A stretch of 63,259 nucleotides of DNA, counting the filler, from Chiloscyllium plagiosum (taxonomy: Eukaryota): the NCBI RefSeq assembly GCF_004010195.1. It is 4 parts of one record of this genome, joined end to end, with 100 filler letters (N's around TTAATTAATTAA, not from the genome) between each part and the next. Parts side by side here need not be neighbours in the genome. Positions count along the whole stretch, not along the records: positions 1 to 26,999 come from NC_057711.1; 3 more parts are not named here. One strand, written 5' to 3'. Every line of letters begins with the position of its first letter. Within the stretch, counting starts at the first letter, position 1. Positions 12,235 through 25,690 of the stretch are shown in pieces. Below the pieces are notes generated by a model, which searched no databases, had not been told where the DNA came from, and saw only the letters and a list, made by a program, of their open reading frames with translations. A program made the translations under genes and the position numbers.

Positions 12235-12810
12235 AACAGACAAAGTTACAACTGGGTACTTTGAACAAATCAAATTAATTGTGAAGAGTCAATGTGGTTT
12301 TGTAAAAAGGAAATTGCATCAAATCAACTTATTGGAATTCTTTGAAGGAGTAATGTGTGTTGCAGATAAGGGAGGTCCCATTGATGCACCATACTGGGAT
12401 TTCCAGAAAGCATTTGAGAATATGCCCCAGAGAGGGTTATTATACAAAATAGGAGATGGAGGTGGTAACATAGCAGCACGAATAGAAGAATGGCCGGTTG
12501 ACAGAAAACAGAGCGGTTACGTAAGCAGGTCTGTATCTGATTGGCAAGACATGACAAGTAAAGTTTTGCAGAGGTCTGTGCTGGGACTCACCCTTTTATG
12601 CTTTGCACCAATTAGACAAGGGGAGTGGCTAAATTAAACAGACAACACCAAGAGAGGTAGGAAAGAATGTTATGAAGAAGACACATCATATCAAACATGT
12701 AAATAGACACAAAAAAGTTAACTGAGAGGTCAGAAATCTGGCAGATGGAGTATACTGTGGGAAACTTTGAAATTTTACACTTTGGTAAGAGGAATTAAAA
12801 GGAAACAGAG
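12235..12810 (+). mobile_element. Old CR1 RT fragment
   Basis: SQCGFVKRK ... NLLEFFE ... DFQKAFE motifs. Confidence 0.8.
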
Positions 12811-12854
12811 ACTGACTGTGGAGTTCTGAGTTATCTTTTACTCACTCACTCTAT

Positions 12855-13385
12855 TTCATCGCCCTGCTGCCTTGTAGATGGTGGGCGGGCTTTGGGGAGT
12901 CAGGAGATGAGTTACTCACTGCAAGATCCCTAGCCTCTGACCTGCTCTTGTAGCCACTGTGTTTAACTGGTAAATCCAATTCAGTTTCTGGTCAATGGTT
13001 ACTACTAGAATGTTAACAGTGGGGCATTCAGTGATGGTAGCACCATTGAATGTCAAGGGGTGGTGGTTAGATTGTCTCTTATTGGAAATGGTCATTACCT
13101 GGTATTTGTGTGGCACAAATGTTACTTGCCACTTGTCGGTCCAAGCCTGGAGATTGTCCAGAACTTGTTGCATTTGAACATGGACTGCTTCATTATCTGA
13201 GGAGTCACACACATGGTTCTAAATATTGTGCAATCATTGGTGAACATCCCCATTTCTGACCTTGGCGGGAAGGTCATTGATGAAGCAGCTGAAGATGGTT
13301 GGGTCTAGCTCAGGATACTACCCTGAGCAACTTCTGCAGAGCTGTCCTGGAGCTGAGATGACTGACCTCCAATAACCACAAGGTT
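12855..13385 (-). mobile_element. CR1/L2-group LINE RT fragment
   Basis: LDNLQAWTDKWQVTF ... TIDQKLNW ... AGQRLGIL; PQGS-like VAQGSIL upstream. Confidence 0.8.
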
Positions 13386-13712
13386 TATAAAATCAAAAGG
13401 GGTGCAAATAAATTGAAATTCAAGGGTAATTGCCCTGGGGTGAGGGAGCTCAAAACTAGAGGGCATAATTTTAAGGTGAGAGGAGAAAGATTTAAAAGGG
13501 TCCTGAGGAACAACATTTTCACACAGAGGGTGTGAATGACCAGCCTGAGGAACTGGTAGGTGCGGGTACCATTCCACCATTTAAAAGACATTTGGACAGG
13601 TACAAGATTTAGAGGGATATGGACCAAATGCAGAAAAACGGGACTAATTTAGTTTGGGAAACTGGACAAGTTGGACCGAAGGGTCTGATTCCGTGCTGTA
13701 TCACTCTATGAT
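13385..13712 (+). mobile_element. HER1/CR1 3' end
   Basis: aaaactagagggcataattttaaggtgagaggagaaagattt and tail ttggaccgaagggtctg...ctctatga. Confidence 0.85.
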
Positions 13713-13809
13713 GCCAGAGGACAAGATTGGTGAACTGGGTTACAGGGAGCATGGGTTCAAATCCCATCCCAGGAACTGGTGGAATATCTAAATTCAATTG
13801 TTCAGTAAA

Positions 13810-15270
13810 ACCACAAGAAATAGGAGGAGAGTACGCTATTCAGTGAGACCATGGCTGATTTGGTTATCCTTAACTCTACTTTCCCGCTTTCCACTTGATT
13901 CCCTTAATAATTAAAAATCTGTCTGTCTCAGCCTTGAATATACGGACTGACTCAACCTCAACAGTCCTCAGTGGGAAAGCATTCCACAGATTCACTCTCC
14001 TCAAAGAAGAAATTCCTTCTCATCTCTGTCTTCAGTGGGTGAGCCCTTATTCTGAGACCACGCCGTCTGGTCCTAGACTCTCCCATACATGGGGGAGCAA
14101 GTCCCCTCAGAACTTTGTGTGTTTCAATAAGGTCACCTCTCATTCTTCTGAACATCCAATGAGTACAGACTCATTAGTCAACCTCTCCTCATAAAACACT
14201 CCCTCCATCCCTGGGATCAACAGACTGAACTTTTCTGGACTGCAGTATATCTTTCCAATGTCAGTATATCTTTCCAATGTCAGTATATCTTTCCTCAGAT
14301 AAAGGGCCAAAAACTGTTCACAGTATTCCAGCTGTGATCTGACCAATGCCTTGTATAGTTTGAGCATAACCTCCCAGTTTTACACTTCATTCTTTTTAAA
14401 TAAAGGCCAATATTCCATTTGTTTTCCCTACAACTCACTGGATTTGGATGTTAGCTTTTTTTGATGCACAAATGAGGAATCCCAAGTCTCTCTTCTGTAT
14501 CTTTATCCATTTAAGTGATATTCAGCTCCTCTATTCTTCCTCTTAAGGCATACTACCACATAATTTCCCATGTTAAACTCTACCCTCTCACCTGTCCTGG
14601 CTGCATCACTCTGCAGTCTGTGTGTCTCCTTCTCACCAGGTCCCTTCCCATCTATCTTTGTGTCATCCACACACTTGGCCACAGTACATCCACTTCCCTC
14701 ATCCCAGTCATTAATATTTATTGTAAATCATTGTGGCCCCAGCACTCATTAATATTTATTGTAAATCATTGTGGCCCCAGCACTGACCCCTGCGGCTCTC
14801 CCCTAGTTACAGACTGTCATTCTGAAAATGCCCCCTTTATCCCAACCCTCTGTTTTCTATCAGTTAGCCAATCCTCTATCCATGTTAATTTACTGTCCCC
14901 AACACCATGGGCTCTTATAAAGTTGCCTAATGTGTGATACCTAATCAAACACCTTCCGAAAATCCAAATCTATTACACCCACTGCTCCCCCTTCATCTAT
15001 CCGGATTGTTACCTCCTCAAAGAATTCTAGTAAATGTGTCAGGTGTGATTTCCCCTTTGTGAACCCACGGTGAACCTGCTTGCTCAGAGTCTGTATGTCT
15101 CAATGCTCTCCTGTTGCATCCTGTGGATTAGACTCTAACATTGTTCCAAAACCAGATAGTAAGTTCACTGGCCTATAGTTACCTATATTAGTCTCCTTCC
15201 CCTTTGTAAATAAAGGTGTGATATTGACAGTTTCCCAATCCTTTGGGATTTTTCCATAACCCTGGAATTC
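13810..15270 (-). mobile_element. CR1 LINE RT and 3' tail (degraded)
   Basis: LYKALVRSQLEYC and RRMRGDLIET motifs; small internal tandem duplications at ~14244 and ~14709. Confidence 0.85.
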
Positions 15271-15399
15271 TTGGTTTCTCTTTCATTTACTGATTCCTTT
15301 CTGAGTGCCTACTGATGGTTTTTTTTCTGTAGTTCTTCTGTGTTTTTAAAAAAATTAATTTAAGTATTACTTATTTTAAGTTTATGTTCATGACTCAGC

Positions 15400-16310
15400 A
15401 GAATGTGGGTTTTCTGTGCATCTGGAATTAATTACCACGATGATTTCTTGTTAATAGTTTTGAGACCTAGCTTAAGAATAAACTAGTTTTTCTTTACACT
15501 GTTGATGTTTTACAGCAAACGCGATAAACATGCTCCAGTTTCGAAGGTCAGGAGAGCTTTTAAGCATAACAGAACCAACCGTCCTTTCAAGAGAAAGCCA
15601 TTATTCCAGTTTTACTTTGAGTTTTAGGTAGCCCTGTGAAATTCTTCAATGAAGATATCTGTATTGACCTCCTGAATAGAGAAAACAGATTATCTGCGAG
15701 GAAGGAGCTAATGATCGACTCAGATTAGAAGCGTTGGAATAAAACCCTGAAGAGGTTGCTTCAAGAAGAGCACGCTTAGGCTCAGGTTCCTATAACCTCC
15801 GGGAAAAAGCTACCTGCAGTTCCAGTCGATAAGTTAAAAGTCACAAGTGACTTAAGCTTATCAAGCTGTTAGAGACAGGGACTCTGTTGTGAGTCAAAAA
15901 CAGAAATTGCTGGAAAAGCTCAGGAGGTCTGGCACCACCTGTGGGGAGAAATCAGAGTTAAAGTTTCGGGTTGAGAGAGCCTTCCTCAGAGATGTTGTGA
16001 GTATTGTTTGTGTGGTGTCTTTGGGACTACACAAGGTATATTTTTGATGCTAGACAACACTGTTGTTTTTACTTTCAATTTATAAAGGAGAATTTGGGGA
16101 TTAATGGGACTATGTTTTACTGTGCTTCAAAAGATGAATTTGTGTTGGAAGTAGATAGTTTGGTTTATTCTATTTTATCTTCATCCTTTTGATAAATAAA
16201 TGTCTTATTGTTAAAACAAATTCTGCAGCATCATGTGCTCATGTTTCAGTGAGAAACCTTTTTATTGTAAACCAAAAAAATGCAAAATAATAACATCAAC
16301 AGGATCACGA
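15400..16310 (+). mobile_element. Solo LTR-like element with a Penelope repeat inserted at ~15895-15990
   Basis: The AATAAA-containing 3' part (16190-16260) is homologous to the reverse complement of 18125-18215. Boundaries are approximate. Confidence 0.5.
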
Positions 16311-16859
16311 CGTTTATCTGATATAGATGTTAAACTGATAGCTGCTAAGATAATGCATTTGCATCCTTCCTTTTCCCATTTTCCCACTCTCTCAGCCACT
16401 GGCACCTTCCCTCTATCCTGGGAAGATTGAAAGATTATGGCAAATCCCTCAGTCGTCAGCACCTTACCTTCCTTAAGCATTGTGCATTTGAGTAGCCATT
16501 AGAAACAGGTGACCCAACCACAGGCCTCAGGGGCAGCCTTTCCAATGCACCTAACATTTCACCTTTCACCCCATCCCTAACCGCTGGCATTTCCTCTTCA
16601 ATGAAGATTCCTCTCACTGAGTGCACGCTGATCTGATGTGAAGACAGTTACGAGGAATGATGGGGGTGGAATGGGAGTGATGGCTCCCATGGAGGAGTGG
16701 TCTTGGCAGCTCAGGACAATGCTGACTGAGTGCAGCTTCCAATCGCTGCCCCCTTGCTGCTCCTCCTGTTGCTGCTGCTGGGGCAGAACCTCAGGCCGCC
16801 TCACCATCACGACATCATGGAGCCAAGGGGGCACTATACTGTCTCCCCCCACCGAGTAA

Positions 16860-17020
16860 TCAGCCGAGGGAGGGCGGTACGTGGTAATCAGCGGGAGGTT
16901 TCCTTGCCCATGTTTAACCTGAAGCCATGAGACTTCACGGGGTTCAGAGGCAATGCTGAGGTCTTCCAGGGTAACTCCCTCCCAAATGTATTGCACGGTA
17001 CCACCCCTCTGCTGGGCAGG
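16860..17020 (-). mobile_element. LINE APE endonuclease fragment
   Basis: EVSWLQVKHGQGNLPLITTYRPPSAD. Confidence 0.75.
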
Positions 17021-17119
17021 GTCGACAGGGCTGTTTCTGCCATTGTATATTCCTAGGTTGATGCCACGTGGGCAATCCAGTTTCATTCCTTTGTTTAGAT
17101 TTTGCAACAATTGATACTA

Positions 17120-17360
17120 CTGAGGAGTTTGCTCGGCTGTTTCAGAGAGCCACCCACAATTCTGTGGGAGGGAGTCACACGCAGGCCAGACCAGGTGAGG
17201 AAGGCAGATTTCACTCCCTGAAGGACATTAGCAAACAGGATGTGTTTTTCCCCACAACGGATAACAACGGATAAAAAGTTCAATTCCAGATTTATTTTTA
17301 ATTCAAATTCTACCGAATATGACCGTGGACATTTCGGTTGTTCAAGGACAATCCCACTGC
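17120..17360 (-). mobile_element. SacSINE1-like Deu-SINE
   Basis: Reverse complement of the Deu core ctaatgtccttcaggga..gaaatctgcc.tcct.acctggtctggcct. Confidence 0.75.
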
Positions 17361-18039
17361 ACCATTATCCCCAGGGACACAGCACGATAACATGGAGACA
17401 TTTTGGAAACTCAGTGTCAGCTCAGACAAAAATTGGATTAAAAATTGACAAAACAAAACAAGAAGTTGATGATAAATGGTTATCTTCAGACAGTGGGTAG
17501 TAGATATTGCCTTTCCCAGGAGTCGATGCATGGACACATTCATTTGATGTTGATAAATGACTTGGCCGTCAGGTTGCAGAACAGGATTTCAACATATTCT
17601 CCATTAACACCAAACACGAAAAACTAGAAGCTGTGAGGACAACACCTACTCCAAGTCACGGAGTATGAGAGCAGGAAGGTTCTGGTGAACTTGTGTGTAA
17701 GACAGCTGGAGAGTTACACCCAGTTCCCGGGCAATGTCCTGCGGGAAAGGGTATGAAAACATCAGCAAATGTGCAGAAGAAATTGACAAAAATATTTGCA
17801 GAGATGAGGAATTTCAGGACTGAAGATGGATTGGATAAGTTCAAACTGATTGCCCAGGAGAAGAGAGAATTGAGAGCGATTTGACTGAGGTATTCAAAAT
17901 GTGGATACGACAGAGAGGGAAAACATCTTCCCACTTGTGACAGAATCAAGAGCCAGATGGACAGAGTCAAATTGACTCAAGAAGCAGAAAGGAAAGGGAT
18001 AGACGATGTAGATTAAGTAGCAGAATTCTGAAATGTATT

Positions 18040-19420
18040 TTTATGATCCCAGATGATGTAATTACTGGACCAGTTGGATCCCAGACTGAGATCTGGCTTA
18101 ATAGATTGTTTTTTGGTTTTAAAGACATGTTTTTCACTGGAACACAAATACGCAGTGCTCCAGATGTAGCTTTAACAATAAAACAGAAATTTATTATGCA
18201 AAAGAAGTTAAGATAAGGTAAAATAAATCTTACTATTTACAATCGATGCAATTTGATAGATTTCAAGTCATACAGTAAAAAACAATCCCATCACCTCACA
18301 TTACTCTAATCCCAGAATCCTCGGATTGACGATATCCGACAACCTACCCTACACTTCCCACGTAGATGTAAAGAAGGCACAACAAAGCCTCCTCTTCCTC
18401 AGGTGGCTCAGGAAATTTGGCATGTCCAGAAGGACCCTCACCAACTTCTCCAGATGCACCATTGAAAGCATATGGTCCAGGTGCATAACGGCCTGGTATG
18501 GCAACAGCTCTGCCCCAGGACCGTTAGACACTACAGGTGGTGGTGTGTACAGTCCAGACCATCACGGAAGCCAACCTTCCATCCATGGACTCCATTTGCA
18601 CAGCTTGCTGTCACGGAAAGGCTGCCACCATTATCAAAGACCCCTCCCACCGCGGTAATGACCTCCTGTAACCTCTTCCGACAGGCAGAAGATACAGAAA
18701 CTTGAACACACTCACCAACAGGTTCAGGAACAGCTTCCTCCCTGCCATTATCAGACCGCTGAATGGACTTTCTAACTTCAAATAATGTAGGCCTCACACT
18801 GTCTAAGCACCCTATGATCTGTATGTCCCTGTTTGCTATGACCTGTCTGTATTGCTCACAAAACAAAACTTCTCACTGTATTGTAGGTAAACATGATTAC
18901 AATAAATCAAACCAAATCAAATCAAAATATCACATCTATCTGTTTAACTTAACAGTTTCTTACAATTCCCTGTTTTTGACAGTTTGATGATTCACACAAC
19001 TCACCATGGACTTTCTCGGCTTCAAATAAACCCTTCAGGGTTCTAACCAAGCACCTCTGGTTTGAAGCTTTCAACAACAATCCTTCAACTCAGGTAATCT
19101 ATTTCCAAACCTTTCTAAACTAACTTGTTCCCTCGAAGAAACTGGTCTGAGGTTAACATTCAATTAGGATCTCTGGGAACAGAGAGGCCAAACCTTTGTA
19201 GGTGATAGACTTCCCCTAAACAAAAATAAATCAACTCTGAATCGTTCTAGGCTCAGAGCAAGGAAATGATCTTCGATACGTACTCTACACATGCATAAAA
19301 CTCTCCCAATACAAATAAAGCCCTGTGATCACCTCGGAGACTCACTCCCAGATAACTTTAAAAATACCTCAGGCTTCAGAAGAACAGGCAACCTAATTAT
19401 TAACCAACAATGGCCGTTAT
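18040..19420 (-). mobile_element. Solo LTR-like element interrupted by a Rex LINE
   Basis: Homologous to 15400-16310 in the opposite orientation; boundaries are approximate. Confidence 0.5.
18320..18926 (+). mobile_element. Rex1/Babar LINE 3' fragment
   Basis: Near-identical to 1755-2363, with an (AAATC)n tail. Confidence 0.88.
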
Positions 19421-20099
19421 TAGATGCTTAATTCATTGAATTCAAATTGCACCATCTGCCGTGGTGGGACTTGAAGCCAAGTCTCCAGCACATGACCTGG
19501 ATTAATAGTCCCACAGTGATACCCCAAGGCCATTGGTTCACCTGGAGCAAGTTGGAATGCTAGGTGGGGAGCCAGCCCAGTCTCAATGGACTGAACAGCT
19601 TCACTTTGTGCTGTGCATGTGTTTGTAAGTAAACCAGTTGCTGCAGAGGGTTTTTTGATGGAAGCATTGAGGGAGTTAACATTCCGGGATTATTTCATCC
19701 TGTTTTGCTTTGACAAAATGAGATGATGATTTCTTAGAAATGAGCTGACCTTATATGACTGTTCCCCAGAGAACTCATTTTAAACACCCAGAATAACTTC
19801 CCCATGATTGAGTCGGGAAGGCTACACAATCAAAGTAACTCCATGAGTATAAATCATGTTGTGTGGTTTCTCAACTCTGACCTCTGACCTCCTGGGCACC
19901 AGGACTTCTCTGCCCTCGCAAAAACCACTGCTGAGGCATGTGGATCAGATCTCCATGATAAATGTGTATATCATCCTTGGATAATGCTGGAGTTAATTCA
20001 CAATAAAGAACCAATCCAATTATATAGCCTCATCAAGTTAATGTCACCCTCGAACACTCACCACTGATCTGTCCAGGTCAAATCCGAGATGGTTTGCAT

Positions 20100-22780
20100 G
20101 GATCAGTACCTTGGGACTATGATGTTGTGGCCAGAACAGGGACGTGGGTTTCACAGGGACAGGGACGGTTGCTTGATGTTCCAGGGTTTGGAACGCTTAA
20201 AAAGAACAGGGAGGGTAGAAAAAAAAGGAGGGGGTGTAACATTGCTAATCAGAGAGTGCATCACAGCTACAGAAACGAAGGTCGTTGAGGAAGGTTTGTC
20301 TACTGAGTCACTATGGTGGAAGTTAGGAACAGCAAGGGAACAGCCATCTCATTGGAGGTTTTCTACAGACCACCTAATAGCAGTAGAGAGATTGAAAGAT
20401 CTCATAGGCGGGCAGATTTGGGAAAAATGCAAATGTTGCAGGGTTATTGTTATGGGTGACTTCAACTTTCCCAATATCGACTGGAACCTCCTAATGCAGA
20501 TGGTTTGGAAGGAGCCATTTTTGTCAGGTGTGTTCAGGAGGGTTTCCTTACTCAGTATGGAGACAGACCGACAAGGGGAGAGGCCATTTTGAATTTGGTG
20601 CTCGGCAACGAGCCAGGACAGGTGTCAGATCTCACGGTGGGAGAGCACTTTGGTGACAGTGACCACAACAGCCTCACATTTACCACAGCCTTGGACAGGG
20701 AAAGGAGCAGTTACTGAGGGATGGTATTTAGGTGGGGAAAAGGAAATTATGACGCGATCAGACAGGAGTTGGGAAGTACAGACTGGGAGCAATTTATCCA
20801 CAGAAAGGGCACAGCAGACATGTGGAGACTGTTTAAGGAGCAGTTGTTGGGAGTGATGCATAAGTTTATTCCTCTGAAGCAGGTAAGAAGGGGTAAGATT
20901 AAGGAACCTTGGATGACGAGAACAGAGGAGCTTCTCGTCAAAAGGAAGAAGGCAGCTTCCGTAAGGTGGAGGGAGCAAGAATCGAGCTCAGCTTTAGAGG
21001 GTTACAGGCTCGGTAGGAAGGAGCTCAGAAATGGACTGAGGAGAGCCAGGAGGGGGCACAAAAAAGGCTTGGTAGGAAGGATTAGGGAGAACCCAAAGGT
21101 GTTTTACTCATTCGTGAGGAATAAGAGAATGATCAGGGAGAAGGTAGGGCCAGTCAGGGATAGTGTAGGGGACTTGCGCGTGGAGTCTGAGCGGGTAGGG
21201 GAAGCCTGAAATGAGTTTTTTGCTTCGGTTTTCACTCGGGAAAGGGACCTTGTTGTGAATGAGAAGTTTGAGGAGCTGAGATACAGGCTTGAACAGATCG
21301 AGATTGAGGAAGTTGATGTGCTAGAAATTTTGGAAAATATTAAGATTGATAGGTCCCCAGGGCCAGACCAGATTTATCCCAGGCTGCTCCGGGAAGTGAG
21401 AAAGGAGCTTGCTGAGCCGCTGGCAAGGATATTTGCCTCCTCACTCTCCAAAGGAGTCGTACCGGAGGATTGGAGGGAGGCGAATGTTGTTCCTCTTTTC
21501 AAGAAGGGGAATAGGGAAATCCCTGACAATTACAGACCAGTCAGTCTATGGTCAGCAAGGTTTTGGAAAGAATTCTGAAGGATAGGATTTATGACTATTT
21601 GGAAAAGCATAGAGTGATTAAAGGCAGTCAGCATGGCTTTGTGAGGGGCAGGTCATGCCTCACAAATCTTACTGAGTTCTTTGAGGAGCTGACAAGACAG
21701 GTTGACGAAGGTCGAGCAGTGGATGTGATGTATATGGACTTCAGCAAGGTATTTGATAAGATTCCCCATGGTAGGCTCATTCATAAAGTCAGGATGTATG
21801 GGATTCAGGGAGATTTGGCTCTTTGCGTTCTGTTAGCCAACTGATTTTGAATCCAGAGAGTGGTTGTAGATGGAAAGTATTCTGCCTGGAGGTCAATGTT
21901 GAGTGGGGTCCCGCAGGGCTCTGTTAGGACATAGAACATAGAAAAGTACAACACAGAACAGGCCCTTTTGTCCACGATGTTGTGCAGCAAATTAATCCTA
22001 ATCCTCTGTTCTTGGGCCTCTGCTCTTTGTAGTTTTTATAAATTATTTGGATGAGGAAGTTGAGGGGTGGGTTAGTAAATTTGCCGAAGACACAAAGATT
22101 GGAGGTGTCATCGATAGTGTAGAGGGCTACTGCAGGTTGCAGCGCGACATAGACAGGATGCAGAGCTGCGCTGAGAAATGGCAGGTGGAGTTCAACCTGG
22201 ATAAATGCAAAGTGATGCATTTTGGAAGGTTGAACTCGAATGCTGAATATAGGAGTAAAGATAGGATTCTTGACAGTGTGGAGGAACAGAGGGATCTGGG
22301 TGTGCAAGTGCATAGATCCCTCAAAGTTGCCACCCAAGTGGATAGGGTTGTTAAGAAAGCAGATGGTGTTTTGGCTTTCATTAACAGGGGGATCGAGTTT
22401 AAGAGCCGTGAGGTTTTGCTGCAGCTCTACAAGTCCCTGGTGAGACCACACTTAGAATATCGTGTCCAGTTCTGGTCGCCCTACTATAGGAAAGATACAA
22501 AGGCTTTGGAGAGGGCACAAAGAGAAGGTATAAAGGAGACATCAGAGGTAGGTTCTTTACACAGAGAGTTGTGAATGCATGGAATGTGTTGCTAGCGGGT
22601 GGTGGTGGAAGCAGAGACATTGGGGACATTTAAGCGACTGCTGGACATGCACATGGATAGCAGTGAGTTGAGGAGTGCAGGTTAGGTTATTTTATTTGAC
22701 ATTAGGATTAAATCTCGGCATAACATCGTGGGCCAAAGGGCCTGTTCTGTGCTGTACTTTTCTATGTTCTATGTTCTATC
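20100..22780 (+). mobile_element. CR1 LINE, most of ORF2 (APE + RT), frameshifted
   Basis: VMGDFNFPNIDW, GDSDHN, SPGPDQIYP, NYRPVSL, QHGFVRGRSCLTNL, FAEDTK, and a (TTCTATG)n tail. Confidence 0.93.
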
Positions 22781-22954
22781 CCCTGCATTTTTTGAATTCG
22801 ACCTCAAACAGCTCACCCTAGTTTTTTAGTTCACTTGTGGGATGTGGGGGGTCACTGGCTGGGCCCAGCATTTATTACCCGTCCCTAGTTGCCCCTTGAG
22901 AAGGTGGGGGTGAGCTGCCTTCTTGAACTACTGCAGTCCTTTGTGCTGTAAGTA

Positions 22955-23180
22955 GTCAAAACGTGTGGTGCTGGAAAAGCACAGCAGGTCAGGCAGCATC
23001 TGAGGAGCAGGAGAATTGACGTTTCGGTCAAAAGCTCTTCATCAGGAATGAATAATGAAGGGCTTATGACCGAAAGGTCAATTCTCCTGCTCCTCAGATA
23101 CTGCCTGACCTGCTGTGCTTTTCCAGCAACACACTCTCAACTCTGACCTTCCAGTATCTGCAGTCCCCACTTTCTCCTAC
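22955..23180. mobile_element. Palindromic Penelope terminal-repeat insertion
   Basis: gtgctggaaaagcacagcaggtcaggcagcatctgagg ... cctcagatactgcctgacctgctgtgcttttccagc inside an older SINE/LINE tail (22830-23370). Confidence 0.8.
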
Positions 23181-23369
23181 CTGCTGTAGGGTTGACCCAC
23201 AATGCCCTTAGGGAGAGAATTCCAGGATTCTGACCCAGAGACACTGAAGGAACGGTGAGATATTTCCAAGTCAGGATGGGGAGTGGCCTGGAGGGGATGG
23301 TGTTCCCATGTATCTGCTGCCCTTGTCCTTGTAAATGGAAGCTGCTGTCTTGTAGATGGTACTGCCTCT

Positions 23370-23765
23370 TCATAGAGTCATAGAGATACACAGCACAGAG
23401 AGTGACCCTGCCAACTTACCCATTCTAAATTAATCTAGTCCCATTTTCCAGCACCTGGCCCATATCCCTCCAAACCCTTCCTATTCATATACCCATCCAG
23501 ATGCCTTTTAAATGTTATAATTGTACCAGCCTCCACCACTTCTTCTGGCAGCTCATTCCATACACGCACCACCCTCTGTGTGAAAACGTTGCCCCTCTGG
23601 TCTCCTTTAAATCTTTCCCTTCTCACCATAAACCTATGCCCTTTAGTTCTGGACTCCCCCACCCCAGGGAAAAGATCTCGTCTATTTACCCTATCCATGC
23701 CCCTCATGATTTTGTAAACCTCTATAAGGTCACCTCTCAACCTCCGACGCTCGAGGGATAACAGT
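23370..23765 (-). mobile_element. HER1/CR1 3' end
   Basis: ORF 23435-23740: RGDLIEVYKIMRG ... FTQRVVRVWNELP. Confidence 0.9.
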
Positions 23766-24529
23766 AATCATTCTGCCTTCAGAAGTTTCAGCAGCGCAAC
23801 CCCAAGCTTTTAGACAATGTTTTCAACCTGCTCCTGATGTCTCCTGCTGTTGCTCAGACCATCCTTTGCTTTCTGAGATTGACATGTTCCAGTGTTAAAG
23901 CAGTTGATAGATATGAGGTATTACTGAACACACATATCTCATCAGATTAAACCAAGCCATTCAATTTTACTCCTCTGGACCTATAGTCTCCTAATTGGAT
24001 TGGGTTCCTCCAGGGCTTTGACTCGGTGAGTGATTGATTCTCAGGTCTGCCTTGCTGTTGGAGTCTCTCTGATCTGTCTGATTGAGCAGAGCCATGTTAC
24101 TGTTGGCTGAGCTCACTGCCCTGGTCTCCCTTTGAGGTCCAGGTGATGGGCTATCCTGAACTTAGTCCTCTGCAGCAACATCACCTGAGACACTCGGCAC
24201 TGACCCATACTGCCATCCTGACCAGGGAGGCATAACCCTGGACATTGGTGGAATCTGATGTGGGCTTGAGTCTGAGACCACATCCAGGAGAGATTGGGCC
24301 CCTCATTGTAGAGGCTGCAGGACCCTTCCTGATCCTTATTTAACTGCGGAGTCAGGGATCATTTTTCTATTTCTAATGCTTGGCCAGTGATTCAGTGTGC
24401 ATAAGTGTAGATTATTGCCCCAGACAGGTGTAAAAGTACAACTGGCCTGTGTAAACACAGTCTAGTCTCCTGCACAGTTCCCACCTGCACTCAGGCTGGT
24501 CATGATGTTTGTAATGTGGTGGAATTGGA

Positions 24530-25110
24530 ATATAACACAAAGAGGTTTTCGTGAAGAGATATAAGGCACTGTTCAAACCACAGCTGAAATACTGTGAATA
24601 GTTTAAGGTCCCTTATCTCAGGAAAGATAGATTGGCATCAGAGTCAATCCAGGGATCCCGGGGATGGAGGGAGTGTTCTGTGAGGGGAGGTTGAGGAGGT
24701 TGGGCCGGTGCTCATTGGGGGTTAGAAGGATGAGAGGTGACCTTACTGAAACGTACAGGATTCTCAGGGGATGTGACAGGGGGAGATGTGGGAAGGGTGT
24801 TCCCCCTTGTGAGGGAGAGACTAGGACCAGAGGGAATCATCCCAGAATAAGGGCTCACCCATTGGAGACAGGGATGAGGAGGAATGTCTTCCCTCGGAGG
24901 GGGATGAATCTGTGGGAGTCTTTCCCACTGAGGGCTGTCGGGGCTGGGTCATTCAAGGCTGAGACAGAGAGAGTTTTAATCAGGGAGGGGATCGAGGGTT
25001 ATGGGGGAAAGGCAGGAAAGTGGGGATGAGGACGATCAGATCAGACACAATCACATTGAGTGACAGAGCAGACTTGATGGGCTGAATGGCCTACTCCTGT
25101 CGCCCTAATA
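24530..25110 (+). mobile_element. CR1 3' fragment
   Basis: Same subfamily as 471-880. Confidence 0.88.
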
Positions 25111-25429
25111 CATAAGATGGTGTGTACAGCAATTTTTTTTTTACAATTGTGTTGTGACCATCTACCTGTACATTAATCACATTCTCTCCATTTGAGTTGG
25201 TTTCCCCACTGTCCTCATTACTGCTGAGCAGCTGTCCCCTCGCACAGCCCATGTTCCCTGTCTCCAGACTGCCCACCAGATTCCCAAGCAGTCACTATGC
25301 CCCCCGACAAGGAGAGCAAGGATACATTATGACTACGTGACCTGAGTGCCCCTTCACCCGGAGGTCAGGAGATTGAGGGTGACCTGGGTTCCAGGGATAC
25401 AATGGGATCAGGCTGAGAGAGAGGAGCTG

Positions 25430-25690
25430 CATTCACTGTTGGGAGACTCTGATGGGATTGGGATCGCTGTCAGGAGAATCTGATGGGAATGGGATAGCTG
25501 TTGGGAGACTCTGACGGGAGTGAGATTGTTGTTGGGAGACTCTGATGGGAATGGGATTGCTGTTGGGAGACTCTGGCGGGAGTGGGATCGCTGTTGGGAG
25601 ACTGATGGGACTGGGATCACTGTCAGGAGAATCTGATGGGAATGGGATAGCTGTTGGGAGACTCTGATGGGAATGGGATAGCTGTTGGTA
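25430..25690. repeat. 31-bp tandem repeat (~8 copies)
   Basis: Unit gctgttgggagactctgatgggaatgggata. Confidence 0.92.

Noticed and set aside
23770..24400. Possible decayed coding sequence
   Set aside because: No consistent frame or recognisable motif could be threaded by eye.
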